45,053 nucleotides of DNA from NCBI GenBank assembly GCA_026391755.1, contig JAPLDN010000346.1:1-45053 (forward strand), read 5' to 3'. The DNA is from Bacteroidota bacterium (GTDB taxonomy: Bacteria; Bacteroidota; Bacteroidia; Bacteroidales; FEN-979). Made by a program: the position numbers and the translations under genes. Position 1 is the first letter of the stretch. The number at the start of each line of letters is the position of its first letter. Positions 16,746 through 27,018 of this stretch are shown piece after piece. The notes under the pieces were generated by a model. It did not search any database, was not told where the DNA came from, and saw only the letters and a program-made list of their open reading frames with translations.

Positions 16746-17224
16746 CACTCTACACCTTTAATAATGGATGAACCGGGTTGATTTAAAACTTTAGTCAGTT
16801 TGGAACGGTCAAAAACAGCATGCTCAAACTCCTGTCCGAAACCAAGGGCATTGGAGGGACAGTTCTTAACGCATAATCCGCAGAACGTGCACATCCCCAG
16901 GTGATATATGTGCTTGTCGATGACACGTTTCGATTTGCCGTCCTCACCGGTGATTTTTGCCGGTATGACCTCGATTGAACCGTTAGGGCAGTTGTTCTCG
17001 CAAATACCGCAGCCATTGCAGCGATGCTGGTTGTTCCCGTCGTGAAGCATGATGACCTCACCCTTGAACCGTTCGAACATCTGCAGGTTTTTCCTGTTTT
17101 CAGGATATTGCTGCGTCACTATCTGCCCGGGGCTGAAGAAATAACGGCCTGTGACCGACATCCCGATTAGCAGGGATTTCACCCCGTGGAAAATATCTGA
17201 AAAATACTTAAAGAAGCTGTTCAT
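16745..17224 (-). CDS. nuoI: NADH-quinone oxidoreductase subunit I (2x[4Fe-4S])
   Basis: Motifs CNGCGICENNCP and CTFCGLCVKNCP. Confidence 0.9.
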   Translation of the reverse strand: MNSFFKYFSDIFHGVKSLLIGMSVTGRYFFSPGQIVTQQYPENRKNLQMFERFKGEVIMLHDGNNQHRCNGCGICENNCPNGSIEVIPAKITGEDGKSKRVIDKHIYHLGMCTFCGLCVKNCPSNALGFGQEFEHAVFDRSKLTKVLNQPGSSIIKGVE

Positions 17225-17230
17225 AGTATG

Positions 17231-18319
17231 CTAAAAATGCCAATGCATTAATACTAAAAATGCCATAAATAGAATGTTGACCAGGTTGATCGGGAGCAGA
17301 TATTTCCACTCCAGGGTCAGGAGCTGATCGATACGAAGGCGTGGGAAGGTCCATTTGAACAACATCATCAGCCAGATAATAAAAGCGGTTTTACCGATAT
17401 ACCATATAAAGGGCGGGATGTAATCCATGATGGTGTTGAACCCTGCCCATCCTGAAACATGGAAAGGCATCCAGCCACCCCAGAATACGGTTGCTGCGAT
17501 TGAAGCGACCAGGAACATATTCATATATTCGGCCAGGAAGAAAAACGCAAACTTGATCCCTGAATATTCGGTATGGAAACCTGCAGTAAGCTCCGATTCG
17601 GCTTCAGCAAGATCGAACGGCCCGCGGTTGGTTTCGGCTGTGCTGGCTACCAGGAACACTATAAAGGCTATAATTGCAGGGATATGTCCTTTGAAAATGA
17701 ACCAGCCGTTTCTTTGCATTTCAACTATCTCGGAGAACTGCATAGTGCCTGCAAGAACAATGATAGTGAGCAGGGAAAGTCCTACCGAAAGCTCGTAACT
17801 GACGATCTGGGCTCCACTTCTCATAGCCCCGATCAGCGAATATTTATTGTTGGATGACCATCCTGCGAGCAGTATACCCACGACTCCCAGGGAGGAAACA
17901 GCGATCACGTAAAGTATGCCGATATCGAAATCGATGGCATGCAGGCCTTTGGCAAACGGCACGGCCGAAAGGGCCATGAAAGAGGCGATGATCACGATAA
18001 AAGGGGCAAGGTTAAACAGGAGTTTATCAGAATCTTTGATATATACCAGCTCTTTCATCAGCAGTTTGATAAAGTCGGCAATGGTCTGGAAGATGCCGTA
18101 AGGTCCCACCCGGTTTGGCCCGACACGGTTCTGCATGAAAGCGCAAACCTTTCGTTCGGCATAAACCAGGAAGAGACCGACAACTGCATAGAAAAGCAGG
18201 AAGACTATCCCGATGATAGCCATCTCGGTAATCAGCGCCCAAGTAGGCGACATGAAGCTGTTCAGCCCCTCGTCGATCCACCTGTTAAACGATGTAAAAT
18301 CGTAAATATTAAAGGTCAT
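17231..18319 (-). CDS. nuoH: NADH-quinone oxidoreductase subunit H
   Basis: [33 protein letters not shown], a polytopic protein. Confidence 0.9.
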   Translation of the reverse strand: MTFNIYDFTSFNRWIDEGLNSFMSPTWALITEMAIIGIVFLLFYAVVGLFLVYAERKVCAFMQNRVGPNRVGPYGIFQTIADFIKLLMKELVYIKDSDKLLFNLAPFIVIIASFMALSAVPFAKGLHAIDFDIGILYVIAVSSLGVVGILLAGWSSNNKYSLIGAMRSGAQIVSYELSVGLSLLTIIVLAGTMQFSEIVEMQRNGWFIFKGHIPAIIAFIVFLVASTAETNRGPFDLAEAESELTAGFHTEYSGIKFAFFFLAEYMNMFLVASIAATVFWGGWMPFHVSGWAGFNTIMDYIPPFIWYIGKTAFIIWLMMLFKWTFPRLRIDQLLTLEWKYLLPINLVNILFMAFLVLMHWHF

Positions 18320-18331
18320 ACTACCTTGTTT

Positions 18332-19459
18332 TTATCTGTCAATATCCGGAATTACTAAGTCGAGAGATGCGCCGATGGCAACGAGGTCTGCAATTTTCAT
18401 ACCGCGGCTGATATGATCAAGTACACTCAGGTTGGAGAAACTCGGGGTGCGGAATTTCATCCTGTACGGGGTTTTATTACCGTCACTCACAACAAAAAGG
18501 CCAAGTTCGCCCCTGGCCGATTCGACCCTCTGAAAATATTCACCGGCAGGCAGTTTTATTACAGCTTTCATCTTGGCTGAGTGTTCCCCCTCGGGAATGT
18601 TATCGATAAGCTGTTCAATGATGTTCATGGATTCATGCATTTCCTGCATACGGACCATATACCTTGAATAGGTATCGCATTCGTAACGGAGTACTTCGTT
18701 GAACTGGACTTTGCCGTACATGCTGTATGGCTCTGTCTTTCGAACATCACATGACCATCCCGATCCGCGTCCCGAAGGACCTGTGACCCCGTAACTGATA
18801 GCATCTTCTTTTGAAAGAATACCGACTCCCTGGCTGCGATTCTCGAAAATTACGTTACCCGAAAGGATGCGGTCATAATCCTTAATTTTTTTCTTGAAGG
18901 TTTTAAGGAATGCATGGACTTTCTTCTGGAAATTCGGATGAATATCCTGCATCACGCCACCGGGACAGTTATAACTCTGAAGGAACCTGCTTCCTGTCGT
19001 TTCTTCCCATATATCAAGGATCATTTCACGGTCACGGAGGCCATAGAAGAAACAGGTGAGTCCTCCAAGGTCCATCCCAAAACTCGACCACCAGAGCTGG
19101 TGGGATTGTATCCTGGCCAGCTCATCCATGATGGTACGGATATACCTTACACGCTCGGGTACATCAACTTCCAGGGCTTTCTCAACAAGCAGGCAAACAG
19201 CATGATTGTTGATGTGGGCCGAAAGGTAATCTATCCTGTCGGTAAGGTGAATGACCTGGGGATAAGTGTCTTTTTCACACATCTTCTCAATGCCGCGATG
19301 GATATAGCCGCAATGCGGTTTAAGACTTCTGACCATCTCGCCCTGGAGGGAAACAAGCAGCCGCAGAACCCCGTGAGTGGAGGGATGCTGGGGACCCATG
19401 TTGATATGGTATTCCTCCTCCTCTATATTGCTGACCGGCAGGTTTATTATCTCTTTCAT
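18332..19459 (-). CDS. nuoD: NADH-quinone oxidoreductase subunit D
   Basis: NMGPQHPSTHGVLRL near the N-terminus and a ..LDLVIPDIDR C-terminus. It is a separate gene from nuoC. Confidence 0.9.
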   Translation of the reverse strand: MKEIINLPVSNIEEEEYHINMGPQHPSTHGVLRLLVSLQGEMVRSLKPHCGYIHRGIEKMCEKDTYPQVIHLTDRIDYLSAHINNHAVCLLVEKALEVDVPERVRYIRTIMDELARIQSHQLWWSSFGMDLGGLTCFFYGLRDREMILDIWEETTGSRFLQSYNCPGGVMQDIHPNFQKKVHAFLKTFKKKIKDYDRILSGNVIFENRSQGVGILSKEDAISYGVTGPSGRGSGWSCDVRKTEPYSMYGKVQFNEVLRYECDTYSRYMVRMQEMHESMNIIEQLIDNIPEGEHSAKMKAVIKLPAGEYFQRVESARGELGLFVVSDGNKTPYRMKFRTPSFSNLSVLDHISRGMKIADLVAIGASLDLVIPDIDR

Positions 19460-19462
19460 AGA

Positions 19463-19921
19463 CTAGAATTCAACGATGTTTACTTCATCAATATAATCCT
19501 TACGGAGGGGGTAGCCTTTCCAGTCTTCCTCAAGGAAGATCCGGCGCATATCGGGATGGTTGTTAAACCTTATGCCGAACATGTCATAAATTTCACGCTC
19601 ATGAAATTCGGCGGTGCGCCAGATATCGCAAACCGTGTCGAAGTTCGGATTTACCCTGTCGTCAGTTTTAACTTTGATGACTAACGCATGCTTATGCTGT
19701 GTGGATCTCAGGTGATAAACCACTGCAAGCTGCTTTATGTAGTCAACCCCGCTGAGGCAAAACAGGAAATCGAAGGCGAGCTCCGGGCTGTTTTTAAGTT
19801 TAAGTGCCAGATCATGCAGTTTGGCTGCAGGCAGCAACAGCGTCAGGAACTGTTTGTTTTCCTCCTGCTGTGCCTCAGGCACAATCTCAAGGATCCTGGC
19901 TTTTAAGGTTTCGTTATCCAT
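19463..19921 (-). CDS. nuoC: NADH-quinone oxidoreductase subunit C
   Basis: WRTAEFHEREIYDMFGIRFNNHPDMRRIF. The track start at 19930 is TTG, so I use the first ATG at 19921 (MDNETLK). Confidence 0.85.
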   Translation of the reverse strand: MDNETLKARILEIVPEAQQEENKQFLTLLLPAAKLHDLALKLKNSPELAFDFLFCLSGVDYIKQLAVVYHLRSTQHKHALVIKVKTDDRVNPNFDTVCDIWRTAEFHEREIYDMFGIRFNNHPDMRRIFLEEDWKGYPLRKDYIDEVNIVEF

Positions 19922-19954
19922 AAATATCAAATGGTGATATATTGAGATGGTGAG

Positions 19955-20533
19955 TTATTGTTTTCCTAAGATCATGGTTTGCTCGGGGCGAGTGATGGAT
20001 TCCAGTTTAATTTTTCTCTGTAGTTGCATGATCCCGTATAGCAGTGCTTCCGGACGGGGAGGACAGCCCGGGATATATACATCCACAGGGATTACATGAT
20101 CTACACCCCTAACGACATGGTAGGAATTATAATAAAACGGTCCGCCGGAGACTGCACACGCACCCATTGCGATGACATACCTGGGTTCCGACATCTGGTC
20201 GTACAGGCGCTTAAGGACCGGGGCCATTTTGTTTACAATGGTTCCTGCAACAACGATCACGTCGGCCTGACGGGGACTGGCACGGTATACTTCTATCCCG
20301 AACCGGGCAAAGTCATGACGGGATGCACCGGTAGCCATCATCTCAATCCCGCAACAGCTGGTTGCGAACGTCAGGGGCCATACCGAATTGGAACGCCCCC
20401 AGTCAATGACCGCATCTATGGAAGTCATCAAAAAATTTCCGCCAGTCCTTTTGAATAAATCAAGGGTTTCGTTATCACGGAAATCCTTTTCCTTCATGCT
20501 TTTTATTCCCATTTCAAAGCTCCTTTCTTCCAT
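19955..20533 (-). CDS. nuoB: NADH-quinone oxidoreductase subunit B
   Basis: [19 protein letters not shown] and [11 protein letters not shown] cluster N2 ligand motifs. The ATG at 20533 overlaps nuoA by 31 nt. In-frame ATGs at 20512 and 20497 are alternative starts. Confidence 0.85.
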   Translation of the reverse strand: MEERSFEMGIKSMKEKDFRDNETLDLFKRTGGNFLMTSIDAVIDWGRSNSVWPLTFATSCCGIEMMATGASRHDFARFGIEVYRASPRQADVIVVAGTIVNKMAPVLKRLYDQMSEPRYVIAMGACAVSGGPFYYNSYHVVRGVDHVIPVDVYIPGCPPRPEALLYGIMQLQRKIKLESITRPEQTMILGKQ

Positions 20534-20853
20534 GCATAAAGAAGTCCGATACCCAAAACAAAAAAGAAAATTACGATCTCTATAAAGGCTTTCATCCCAA
20601 GGGTTTTCATCATGACAGCCCAGGGAAAAATAAAGACAGTTTCCACATCGAATACCAGAAAAATTATCGCAAAAAGATAATACCCGACATTAAACTGCAA
20701 CCAGGTAATTCCTTCGGTGGGGATTCCGCACTCGTAAGCTTCTGCTTTCTGTGGATTTGTTGATGTAGGCGGGACTAAACTCGAAAATAGCAGGGCGATA
20801 CCAACTAAAAATGCCCCGACTATGAAAAATAGAATCAGGCTTTCAGCACTCAT
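20503..20853 (-). CDS. nuoA: NADH-quinone oxidoreductase subunit A
   Basis: 116 aa with three TM segments ([22 protein letters not shown]). First gene of the operon. Confidence 0.9.
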   Translation of the reverse strand: MSAESLILFFIVGAFLVGIALLFSSLVPPTSTNPQKAEAYECGIPTEGITWLQFNVGYYLFAIIFLVFDVETVFIFPWAVMMKTLGMKAFIEIVIFFFVLGIGLLYAWKKGALKWE

Positions 20854-20881
20854 AATGTTAACTTGTTAACAGATCTGGGCG

Positions 20882-20889
20882 CAAAATTA
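20882..20889 (-). promoter_or_regulatory. Candidate -7 box TAATTTTG for the nuo operon
   Basis: Exact TAnnTTTG match on the minus strand, 28 nt before the nuoA ATG. The same 8-mer recurs before four other operons in this window. Confidence 0.4.
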
Positions 20890-21032
20890 AAAATTTATCT
20901 GACTTAACCTAACCAATAGCAAAGATGAAACTATGTAAATAAATAGTATTGCTCTTATTCACAAGACAATACACAATAACTTCCGTAATATATCATTAGG
21001 GGAGTTGAGATTTATCAACGGCTGATTTTAGA

Positions 21033-21314
21033 TCAACAGTAAAGGCAGAGGTAAGCCGAGTCGGAATTAATCCTGAGATTGAATTTTGAATCCTTCGGAA
21101 CTACAAAGGTGTCGAAGGGTTTAAAGACCTTCCAATCAGTTTCACCCGGAAGTTTAACCATCATATTGCCTGATGTCACGGTCATGTATTCAACTGTGGA
21201 AGTCCCGAATTCATATTCCCCGGCGGCCATGACTCCAATTGTTGCCGGCCCATCAGGAGTTGTAAAGGCTATGGATTTTACCTTTCCTTCAAAATATTCG
21301 TTTGTTTTGAACAT
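21033..21314 (-). CDS. ppnP: Pyrimidine/purine nucleoside phosphorylase PpnP (UPF0345/DUF1255 cupin)
   Basis: [17 protein letters not shown]...GEYEFGT..E.M.V.SG...V.LPG...W, a 93-aa core. I reject the track N-terminal extension (to 21434): it is hydrophobic junk ahead of the conserved MFK start. Confidence 0.75.
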   Translation of the reverse strand: MFKTNEYFEGKVKSIAFTTPDGPATIGVMAAGEYEFGTSTVEYMTVTSGNMMVKLPGETDWKVFKPFDTFVVPKDSKFNLRINSDSAYLCLYC

Positions 21315-21449
21315 ATCAGAGATTGTTATTGTAAATACCTCCGCAAAATAACAGAATAAATTCAAGTCCGGGAATGAGGAAGGTACTTTAATCATGTTTC
21401 TTGCACACGATATGATCACCAGAGGGATCATCATTGTGAAAAAATAAAC

Positions 21450-21457
21450 TAATTTTG
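21450..21457 (+). promoter_or_regulatory. Candidate -7 box TAATTTTG for the cyclase-family gene
   Basis: Exact motif, 22 nt before the ATG at 21480. Confidence 0.35.
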
Positions 21458-21479
21458 AATTTTATCAAGTTTTCATTGT

Positions 21480-22274
21480 ATGAAAAAAGCAATTATTGCA
21501 TTGTTTTGCATGCTGTGTTTTGCATGCAGCGGGCCGGACCTTACCAGCCAACTTCAGGAGGCCCGCTGGATCGACCTGACCCATGATTTTGATTCCACCA
21601 CAGTTTACTGGCCTACCGATGTTAATTTCAGGCATGATACCGTTTTTTGCGGACTGACTGATAAGGGATATTATTATTCGTCGTTCAAGTATGCAGCTGA
21701 AGAGCATGGAGGGACCCATTTCGACGCTCCTATCCATTTTCACCAGGGCGGGAATTCCATTGAAAAAGTTCCGGTAACTCAATTGCATGGCCCGGCTGTT
21801 GTTATAGATATCAGCGAAAAATGTTCAACAAACAGGGACTACCTCATCACCGCCGATGATGTGAATAACTGGGAGCATCAGCATGGCAGTATCCCCCAGG
21901 GTGCGATCATTCTTTTATACACTGGTTATGAAAAATACTGGAATGACCACCTCAGGTATACAGGCACCCTTAAAAAAGGCCCGGAAGGGGTGGCAGAACT
22001 TCATTTCCCCGGTCTTTCAACCGAAGCATCAACCTGGATCACAACAAATCGTAAGGTTAATGCGATCGGCCTTGATACGCCCAGCATTGATTTCGGACAG
22101 TCAAAAGATTTTCAGACTCACCGCATACTCACCGCTGCGGGTCTTACCATGTATGAAAATCTTTGTAACCTCAGCCAACTGCCGGCTGCAGGAGCCTATA
22201 TCGTTGCCCTTCCTATGAAAATCAAAGGAGGAAGCGGCTCACCCCTGAGAATTGTGGCTATTTTAGCCCCCTGA
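21480..22274 (+). CDS. Cyclase family protein (kynurenine formamidase-like fold) with a signal or lipoprotein leader
   Basis: Motifs THDFDSTTVYWP and HGGTHFDAPIHF are typical of the putative-cyclase family. The N-terminus MKKAIIALFCMLCFACSG looks like an export or lipoprotein signal. Confidence 0.7.
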   Translation: MKKAIIALFCMLCFACSGPDLTSQLQEARWIDLTHDFDSTTVYWPTDVNFRHDTVFCGLTDKGYYYSSFKYAAEEHGGTHFDAPIHFHQGGNSIEKVPVTQLHGPAVVIDISEKCSTNRDYLITADDVNNWEHQHGSIPQGAIILLYTGYEKYWNDHLRYTGTLKKGPEGVAELHFPGLSTEASTWITTNRKVNAIGLDTPSIDFGQSKDFQTHRILTAAGLTMYENLCNLSQLPAAGAYIVALPMKIKGGSGSPLRIVAILAP

Positions 22275-22294
22275 TATCTGATATCAAATCATGA

Positions 22295-22852
22295 ATGATC
22301 CATCTCGATAATACCATAATTTCCGACGACATCCGCGACAGCTTGTTCTGTTGTGACCTTGAACAATGCAAAGGCGCCTGCTGCGTGGAAGGAGATGCCG
22401 GGGCCCCTCTTGAGGAGGAGGAGATCGCGCTTCTGGAAGACTATCTCGAAAATATTTTTCCTTACATGGTTCCCGGCGGACAATTAACCATTAAAACCAA
22501 TGGAGTTTTTGATTATGATGTTGAAGGGAATTTCGTGACTCCCCTGGTCAATGACAGGGAATGTGCTTTCGTTTATTACGAAACCGGCATCGCCCGATGC
22601 GCGATTGAAAAAGCATTCCAGGAGAACGCTATCCCTTTTCCAAAACCTGTTTCCTGTCATCTCTATCCAATACGGATCAAGAAACTTTCGAGTGAAGACG
22701 AGGCTTTGAACTACCATAAGTGGCCCATCTGCAAAAAAGCCCTGGAAAAAGGATATAAGGAAAAACTTCCGCTGTACCGTTTCCTTGACAAGGCGCTGAT
22801 CAGGAAATACGGTCGTTCCTGGTATAACCGATTATTGAAATTGTTGGAATAG
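22295..22852 (+). CDS. Cys-rich protein resembling the Bacteroidota DUF3109 family
   Basis: The N-terminal FCCDLEQCKGACCVEGDAGAPL pattern plus later conserved Cys residues (ECAF, ARCA, SCHLYP, PICK). Family assignment is from memory only. Confidence 0.55.
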   Translation: MIHLDNTIISDDIRDSLFCCDLEQCKGACCVEGDAGAPLEEEEIALLEDYLENIFPYMVPGGQLTIKTNGVFDYDVEGNFVTPLVNDRECAFVYYETGIARCAIEKAFQENAIPFPKPVSCHLYPIRIKKLSSEDEALNYHKWPICKKALEKGYKEKLPLYRFLDKALIRKYGRSWYNRLLKLLE

Positions 22853-22856
22853 GCTC

Positions 22857-23396
22857 TTACTTCGCCTGGGTCATCCCGCCTGCTGCAGCTAATGCAGTGC
22901 GTTTTACTAAAGCACGGGTACCGAATTCTTTATCCATAAGGAAAAGTCCGCCCTGCTCTGTCCCGGCCAGTTTTATCTGGTCCAGAATGCTGCGCACCGT
23001 ACTTTCTTCTTCCACCTGTTCGGTAATGTACCATTGCAGGTAGTTTGCCGTAGTGAAGTCTTTTTCTTTTACGCAGATGGCATAAAGTTCGTTGATGGAT
23101 GCGGAAATAAATTCCTCGTGCTTCAGTACGTTCCTGAACACATCCAGAAGGGATTTGAAGCTTGCTTTAGGTGCTTCAAGAGCAGGTATAACGGCGTTTC
23201 CGCCCCGGTCGTTCAGATAATGAACCAGCTTGAGCATATGCAGGCGTTCCTCTTCAGTCTGGGCATACAGCCAGTCGGCAGCGCCGGGGTAACCGGCACG
23301 TTCAGCCCAGGATGCCATTGCCAGGTATAGCCGGGAAGAATTTTCTTCTCTTTTAATCTGATCGTTCAGCGCCTTTTCAACGTTCTTTGTGATCAT
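22857..23396 (-). CDS. ftnA: Non-heme ferritin
   Basis: Ferroxidase-centre pattern LNDQIKREENSSRLYLAMASW ... EEERLHMLKL ... QWYITEQVEEE. The track start at 23432 is TTG, so I use the ATG at 23396 (MITKNVEK). There is a C-terminal tail of about 30 aa. Confidence 0.85.
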   Translation of the reverse strand: MITKNVEKALNDQIKREENSSRLYLAMASWAERAGYPGAADWLYAQTEEERLHMLKLVHYLNDRGGNAVIPALEAPKASFKSLLDVFRNVLKHEEFISASINELYAICVKEKDFTTANYLQWYITEQVEEESTVRSILDQIKLAGTEQGGLFLMDKEFGTRALVKRTALAAAGGMTQAK

Positions 23397-23413
23397 AATA
23401 AGTCCTCCATTTG

Positions 23414-23434
23414 AACATTGTACATTGTACAATT
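23414..23434 (-). promoter_or_regulatory. Tandem/palindromic TGTACA element (cattgta cattgta caatt) between the atpG stop and the ferritin ATG; candidate operator
   Basis: Two overlapping TGTACA palindromes and the 10-bp palindrome ATTGTACAAT, 18-38 nt upstream of the ferritin start. Confidence 0.3.
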
Positions 23435-23438
23435 AAAA

Positions 23439-24329
23439 TTAACCCTTCAAAGCTTCTGCCCCCGACACGATCTCGATAAGTTCGTTCGTGATCTGGTTCT
23501 GCCTTGCCTTGTTGTAAGTGATGTTGAGATTTTTCAGCAGTTCTCTTGCATTGTCGGTTGCCTGCTGCATGGCAGTCATCCTGGCGCCCATCTCGGCTGC
23601 GAAGGAGTCCAGGACTGCTTTGAAAACCTGTATGCGCAGGGTTTTGGGAATAAGTTCCCTGACAACGGTTTCCTTATCCGGTTCAAAAATATAATCGGCC
23701 GATACCTGGTTTTTCATTGTTTGTCCGGGTATGACATCCTGAACTACAGGAAGAAACTGCTCGTTGACCAGCTTTTGGACAGCGGCATTTTTGAATTGGT
23801 TGTAAACAATTTCAATACGGTCAAATTCCTTCTTAACAAAGGATTGCATCAGGTATTCGGCAAACGGAGAGATGTTGGCAAATGTGAGATTGTCAAAGAA
23901 TTCATCGTGATGGCCGATCACTTGAAAGTTGCGCTTTGTGAAATATTCCGTGGCCCTTTTTCCTATAGTAATAAGGTTTACATTGCCATAATCGAACTGG
24001 GCCTGATATTTTTCTCGAATCAGGGCCAGGGTAGCCTTCATTATATTAGAATTGAACGCGCCGCAGAGACCCCTGTTTGAAGAGATCACAATAACCAGGA
24101 TTTTTTCGGGCGTCCTTTGTTCAGAATAAATACTCTCTCCCGAATCCCCAATACTTGCGCTCAGGTTTTGCAAAAGTTCCCTAAGTTTTGCAGCATAGGG
24201 CCTGAGTTTGATAATGGAATTCTGGGCCTTTCTCAGCTTAGATGCCGCTACCATTTTCATGGCAGAAGTGATCTGCTGGGTTGACTTTACCGATGCAATA
24301 CGTATTCTGACTTCCTTAAGTCCTGCCAT
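23439..24329 (-). CDS. atpG: F0F1 ATP synthase subunit gamma
   Basis: MAGLKEVRIRIASVKSTQQITSAMKMVAASKLRKAQ ... ITNELIEIVSGAEALKG. Confidence 0.9.
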   Translation of the reverse strand: MAGLKEVRIRIASVKSTQQITSAMKMVAASKLRKAQNSIIKLRPYAAKLRELLQNLSASIGDSGESIYSEQRTPEKILVIVISSNRGLCGAFNSNIMKATLALIREKYQAQFDYGNVNLITIGKRATEYFTKRNFQVIGHHDEFFDNLTFANISPFAEYLMQSFVKKEFDRIEIVYNQFKNAAVQKLVNEQFLPVVQDVIPGQTMKNQVSADYIFEPDKETVVRELIPKTLRIQVFKAVLDSFAAEMGARMTAMQQATDNARELLKNLNITYNKARQNQITNELIEIVSGAEALKG

Positions 24330-24338
24330 GAGCTTTCC

Positions 24339-25928
24339 TTATTTCTTTTCTTCGTATTTTTTTGAAATGTCCTTCGCGGCCTGTTCCAGAACCTTCAAAT
24401 CTTCATCGAGCAGAAGGCCTTTTCCCAGATTATTGAGAACTTCTTTATGCACGGTTTCCATATAATGCAGGAACTCGACTTCAAAATTTGATACACTCCT
24501 TGCAGGAATATTTTTCAGAAGGTTTTTTGTGCCGCAATAAATAATCGCGACCTGCTGGCTTACATGCATTGGAGAGTACTGTGCCTGTTTCAGGATTTCC
24601 ACGTTACGTGTTCCTTTTTCAATAACCTGTTTGGTGGCAGGATCCAGATCGGAACCGAATTTGGCAAATGCCTCAAGTTCGCGGAACTCAGCCTGGTCAA
24701 GTTTCAGTGTCCCTGCTATCTTCTTCATTGATTTGATCTGTGCGTTCCCACCCACCCGGGAAACCGAGATACCAACGTTGATGGCGGGCCTGATCCCCGC
24801 ATTGAATAAACCGGTCTCGAGAAAAATCTGTCCGTCGGTTATGGAAATCACATTTGTTGGAATGTAGGCAGAGACGTCGCCTGCCTGAGTTTCAATAATT
24901 GGAAGAGCAGTAAGAGAACCCCCTCCTTTAACAAGATGCCTGATCGAATCGGGAAGATCGTTCATCTGCTTTGCGATTTCATCCGAAGAGATCACTCTTG
25001 CGGCACGTTCAAGTAATCTTGAATGCAGGTAAAACACATCTCCGGGATATGCTTCACGTCCGGGAGGGCGCCTTAGAAGAAGGGACACTTCGCGGTATGA
25101 AACTGCCTGTTTCGACAAGTCATCATAGATTACCAGCGCGGGACGTCCGGTATCCCTGAAAAATTCCCCAATGGCCGCACCGGCGAAAGGAGCATAAAAC
25201 TGCATGGCAGCAGGGTCTGAAGCGGTTGCTGTAACGATGACAGTATACGCCAGTGCACCTTTGTCTTCAAGTGTCTTAACAATGTTTGCAACGGTGGAAC
25301 CCTTCTGACCTACAGCCACATAAATGCAAAAAACAGGTTCGCCTTTTTCGTAAAAATGTTTTTGGTTGATGATGGTGTCGATGGCAATAGCTGTTTTACC
25401 AGTCTGGCGGTCGCCAATGATAAGTTCACGCTGGCCTCGTCCGATAGGGATCATGGCATCAATTGCCTTTAAGCCGGTTTGAAGCGGCTGGTTCACAGGC
25501 TGGCGGAAAATAACTCCCGGCGCCTTGCGCTCCAGCGGCATCTGGTAGAGTTCACCTTTAATTGCACCTTTCCCATCGATTGGGTGCCCTAAAGTATTAA
25601 TTACACGTCCAAGCAATCCTTCCCCCACATCAATGGAAGCAATCCTGCGGGTACGTTTCACTTTGTCCCCTTCCTTGATATCGGAGTATTCGCCAAGGAT
25701 AACGGCACCAACGTTATCTTCTTCAAGGTTAAGGGCTATACCCATTACGCCGTTCTTTTCAAACTCTATCAGTTCCCCTGAACCTACATTGTTCATTCCG
25801 TAAATTCGGGCGATCCCGTCGCCCAGTGTCAGCACGGTACCAATTTCTTCAAGTTCGGTCACATTCTCGTACCCTGCAAGTTCCTTGCGTAGGATCGCGG
25901 TGACTTCAGCGGGTTTAATGTCTGCCAT
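24339..25928 (-). CDS. atpA: F0F1 ATP synthase subunit alpha
   Basis: Walker A GDRQTGKT, then [23 protein letters not shown]. Confidence 0.95.
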   Translation of the reverse strand: MADIKPAEVTAILRKELAGYENVTELEEIGTVLTLGDGIARIYGMNNVGSGELIEFEKNGVMGIALNLEEDNVGAVILGEYSDIKEGDKVKRTRRIASIDVGEGLLGRVINTLGHPIDGKGAIKGELYQMPLERKAPGVIFRQPVNQPLQTGLKAIDAMIPIGRGQRELIIGDRQTGKTAIAIDTIINQKHFYEKGEPVFCIYVAVGQKGSTVANIVKTLEDKGALAYTVIVTATASDPAAMQFYAPFAGAAIGEFFRDTGRPALVIYDDLSKQAVSYREVSLLLRRPPGREAYPGDVFYLHSRLLERAARVISSDEIAKQMNDLPDSIRHLVKGGGSLTALPIIETQAGDVSAYIPTNVISITDGQIFLETGLFNAGIRPAINVGISVSRVGGNAQIKSMKKIAGTLKLDQAEFRELEAFAKFGSDLDPATKQVIEKGTRNVEILKQAQYSPMHVSQQVAIIYCGTKNLLKNIPARSVSNFEVEFLHYMETVHKEVLNNLGKGLLLDEDLKVLEQAAKDISKKYEEKK

Positions 25929-26487
25929 GTTCTATTCCTTTTACGTATAAATTAATTCTTGCCAGGCCTTTTCTCATTTTTTCAATCTGCTTGCGGATGC
26001 TGGCATCATATTGTTTGTCTTCCCAGCTTAAAACAAAACCACCAATCACAGCTTCATCGACTTCTTCAATGATCTCAATATTGGCTTTGGTATAGCCGGC
26101 CATCACTGCATTCATCTGTGAACGTAAGGCTGCGTTAAGCGGAACGGCCGTTTTTACCCTGAGAACGATAATATTTTTATACTGGTTATACTGCTCGATG
26201 AACTGAATGACTATCTCGGGTACTACCGGCTCCCTCCTTTTTTTTATCAAAAGGTTGATAAAGGCAACGGTAACGGGATTGAACCCTTTAAGGATCTCAT
26301 CCATAGCGCTGCGCTTCTTCCCCGGGTTAATGATAGGAGCCCTGAGGAAAAGTTTTAATTGCCTGCTTTCCCTTATAAGGCCTGCAAGACGGATCATGTC
26401 TTTGCTCACTTCCTCCAGTACTTTTTGCTCCAAAGCCATGTCGAACAGGGCTTTGGCATAACGTTCGGCGATCAGGGTAACGTTCAT
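25915..26487 (-). CDS. atpH: F0F1 ATP synthase subunit delta (OSCP)
   Basis: [13 protein letters not shown] start, about 190 aa, positioned between atpF and atpA. It overlaps atpA by 14 nt. Confidence 0.85.
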   Translation of the reverse strand: MNVTLIAERYAKALFDMALEQKVLEEVSKDMIRLAGLIRESRQLKLFLRAPIINPGKKRSAMDEILKGFNPVTVAFINLLIKKRREPVVPEIVIQFIEQYNQYKNIIVLRVKTAVPLNAALRSQMNAVMAGYTKANIEIIEEVDEAVIGGFVLSWEDKQYDASIRKQIEKMRKGLARINLYVKGIEHGRH

Positions 26488-26497
26488 CTCCGTATTC

Positions 26498-26992
26498 TTA
26501 GTTTAGCTTTATTTCTTTCAGGAGCTGGAGTGCAAATTCTTCCTGCTTCTTCGGATCAGACAATTCCCTCTGGAGTATTTTGGTTGCAATGTCCAGAGAA
26601 AGATCTCCCACTTCGTTTTTCAGCTCGGTAAGAGCAGCCATTTTTTCATTCCTTATATTCTCCAGAGCACTGGCCATGATATTACCGGCTTCTTCGCTGG
26701 CTTTAACACGGGCTTCCTCTATGATCTTTTCCTTGATTTTTCTTGCCTCGTTAAGGATGCTGTCCCTGTCATTCTTGGCTTCTGCCAGCAACTGTTCATT
26801 GCTGAATTGCATCTGTTTCATTTCCTCTTTCGCCTTGTCGGCGGATGACAACGCGTCGGTGATCGCGTCTTCCCTGTCTTTCAACATCTTGAGAATAGGC
26901 AGCCAGGCAAACTTCTTCAGCAGGAAAAGCAGGGCCAGGAAGACCAGGGTCATCCAGAAAATCAGGCCCAATCCGGGGGTAATCAGTTCCAT
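26498..26992 (-). CDS. atpF: F0F1 ATP synthase subunit b
   Basis: From the ATG at 26992: MELITPGLGLIFWMTLVFLALLFLLKKFAW, then a long charged helix. I reject the track extension to 27109 because it would cover the intercistronic hairpin and overlap atpE. Confidence 0.85.
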   Translation of the reverse strand: MELITPGLGLIFWMTLVFLALLFLLKKFAWLPILKMLKDREDAITDALSSADKAKEEMKQMQFSNEQLLAEAKNDRDSILNEARKIKEKIIEEARVKASEEAGNIMASALENIRNEKMAALTELKNEVGDLSLDIATKILQRELSDPKKQEEFALQLLKEIKLN

Positions 26993-27018
26993 ATTCTTTG
27001 TGTTTTTTTGTTTAATTG

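Noticed and set aside
18914-19684. 256-aa plus-strand ORF, the longest unexplained ORF in the track
   Set aside because: It is antisense to nuoD/nuoC, which carry diagnostic motifs. Long antisense ORFs are expected in these genes. No promoter box or recognisable domain is present.
20857-20870. Two GTTAAC hexamers 2 nt apart between the nuo -7 box and the nuoA ATG
   Set aside because: The element is too short and AT-rich to tell apart from chance, and there is no extended dyad symmetry.
23418-24080. 220-aa plus-strand ORF
   Set aside because: It is an antisense shadow of atpG.
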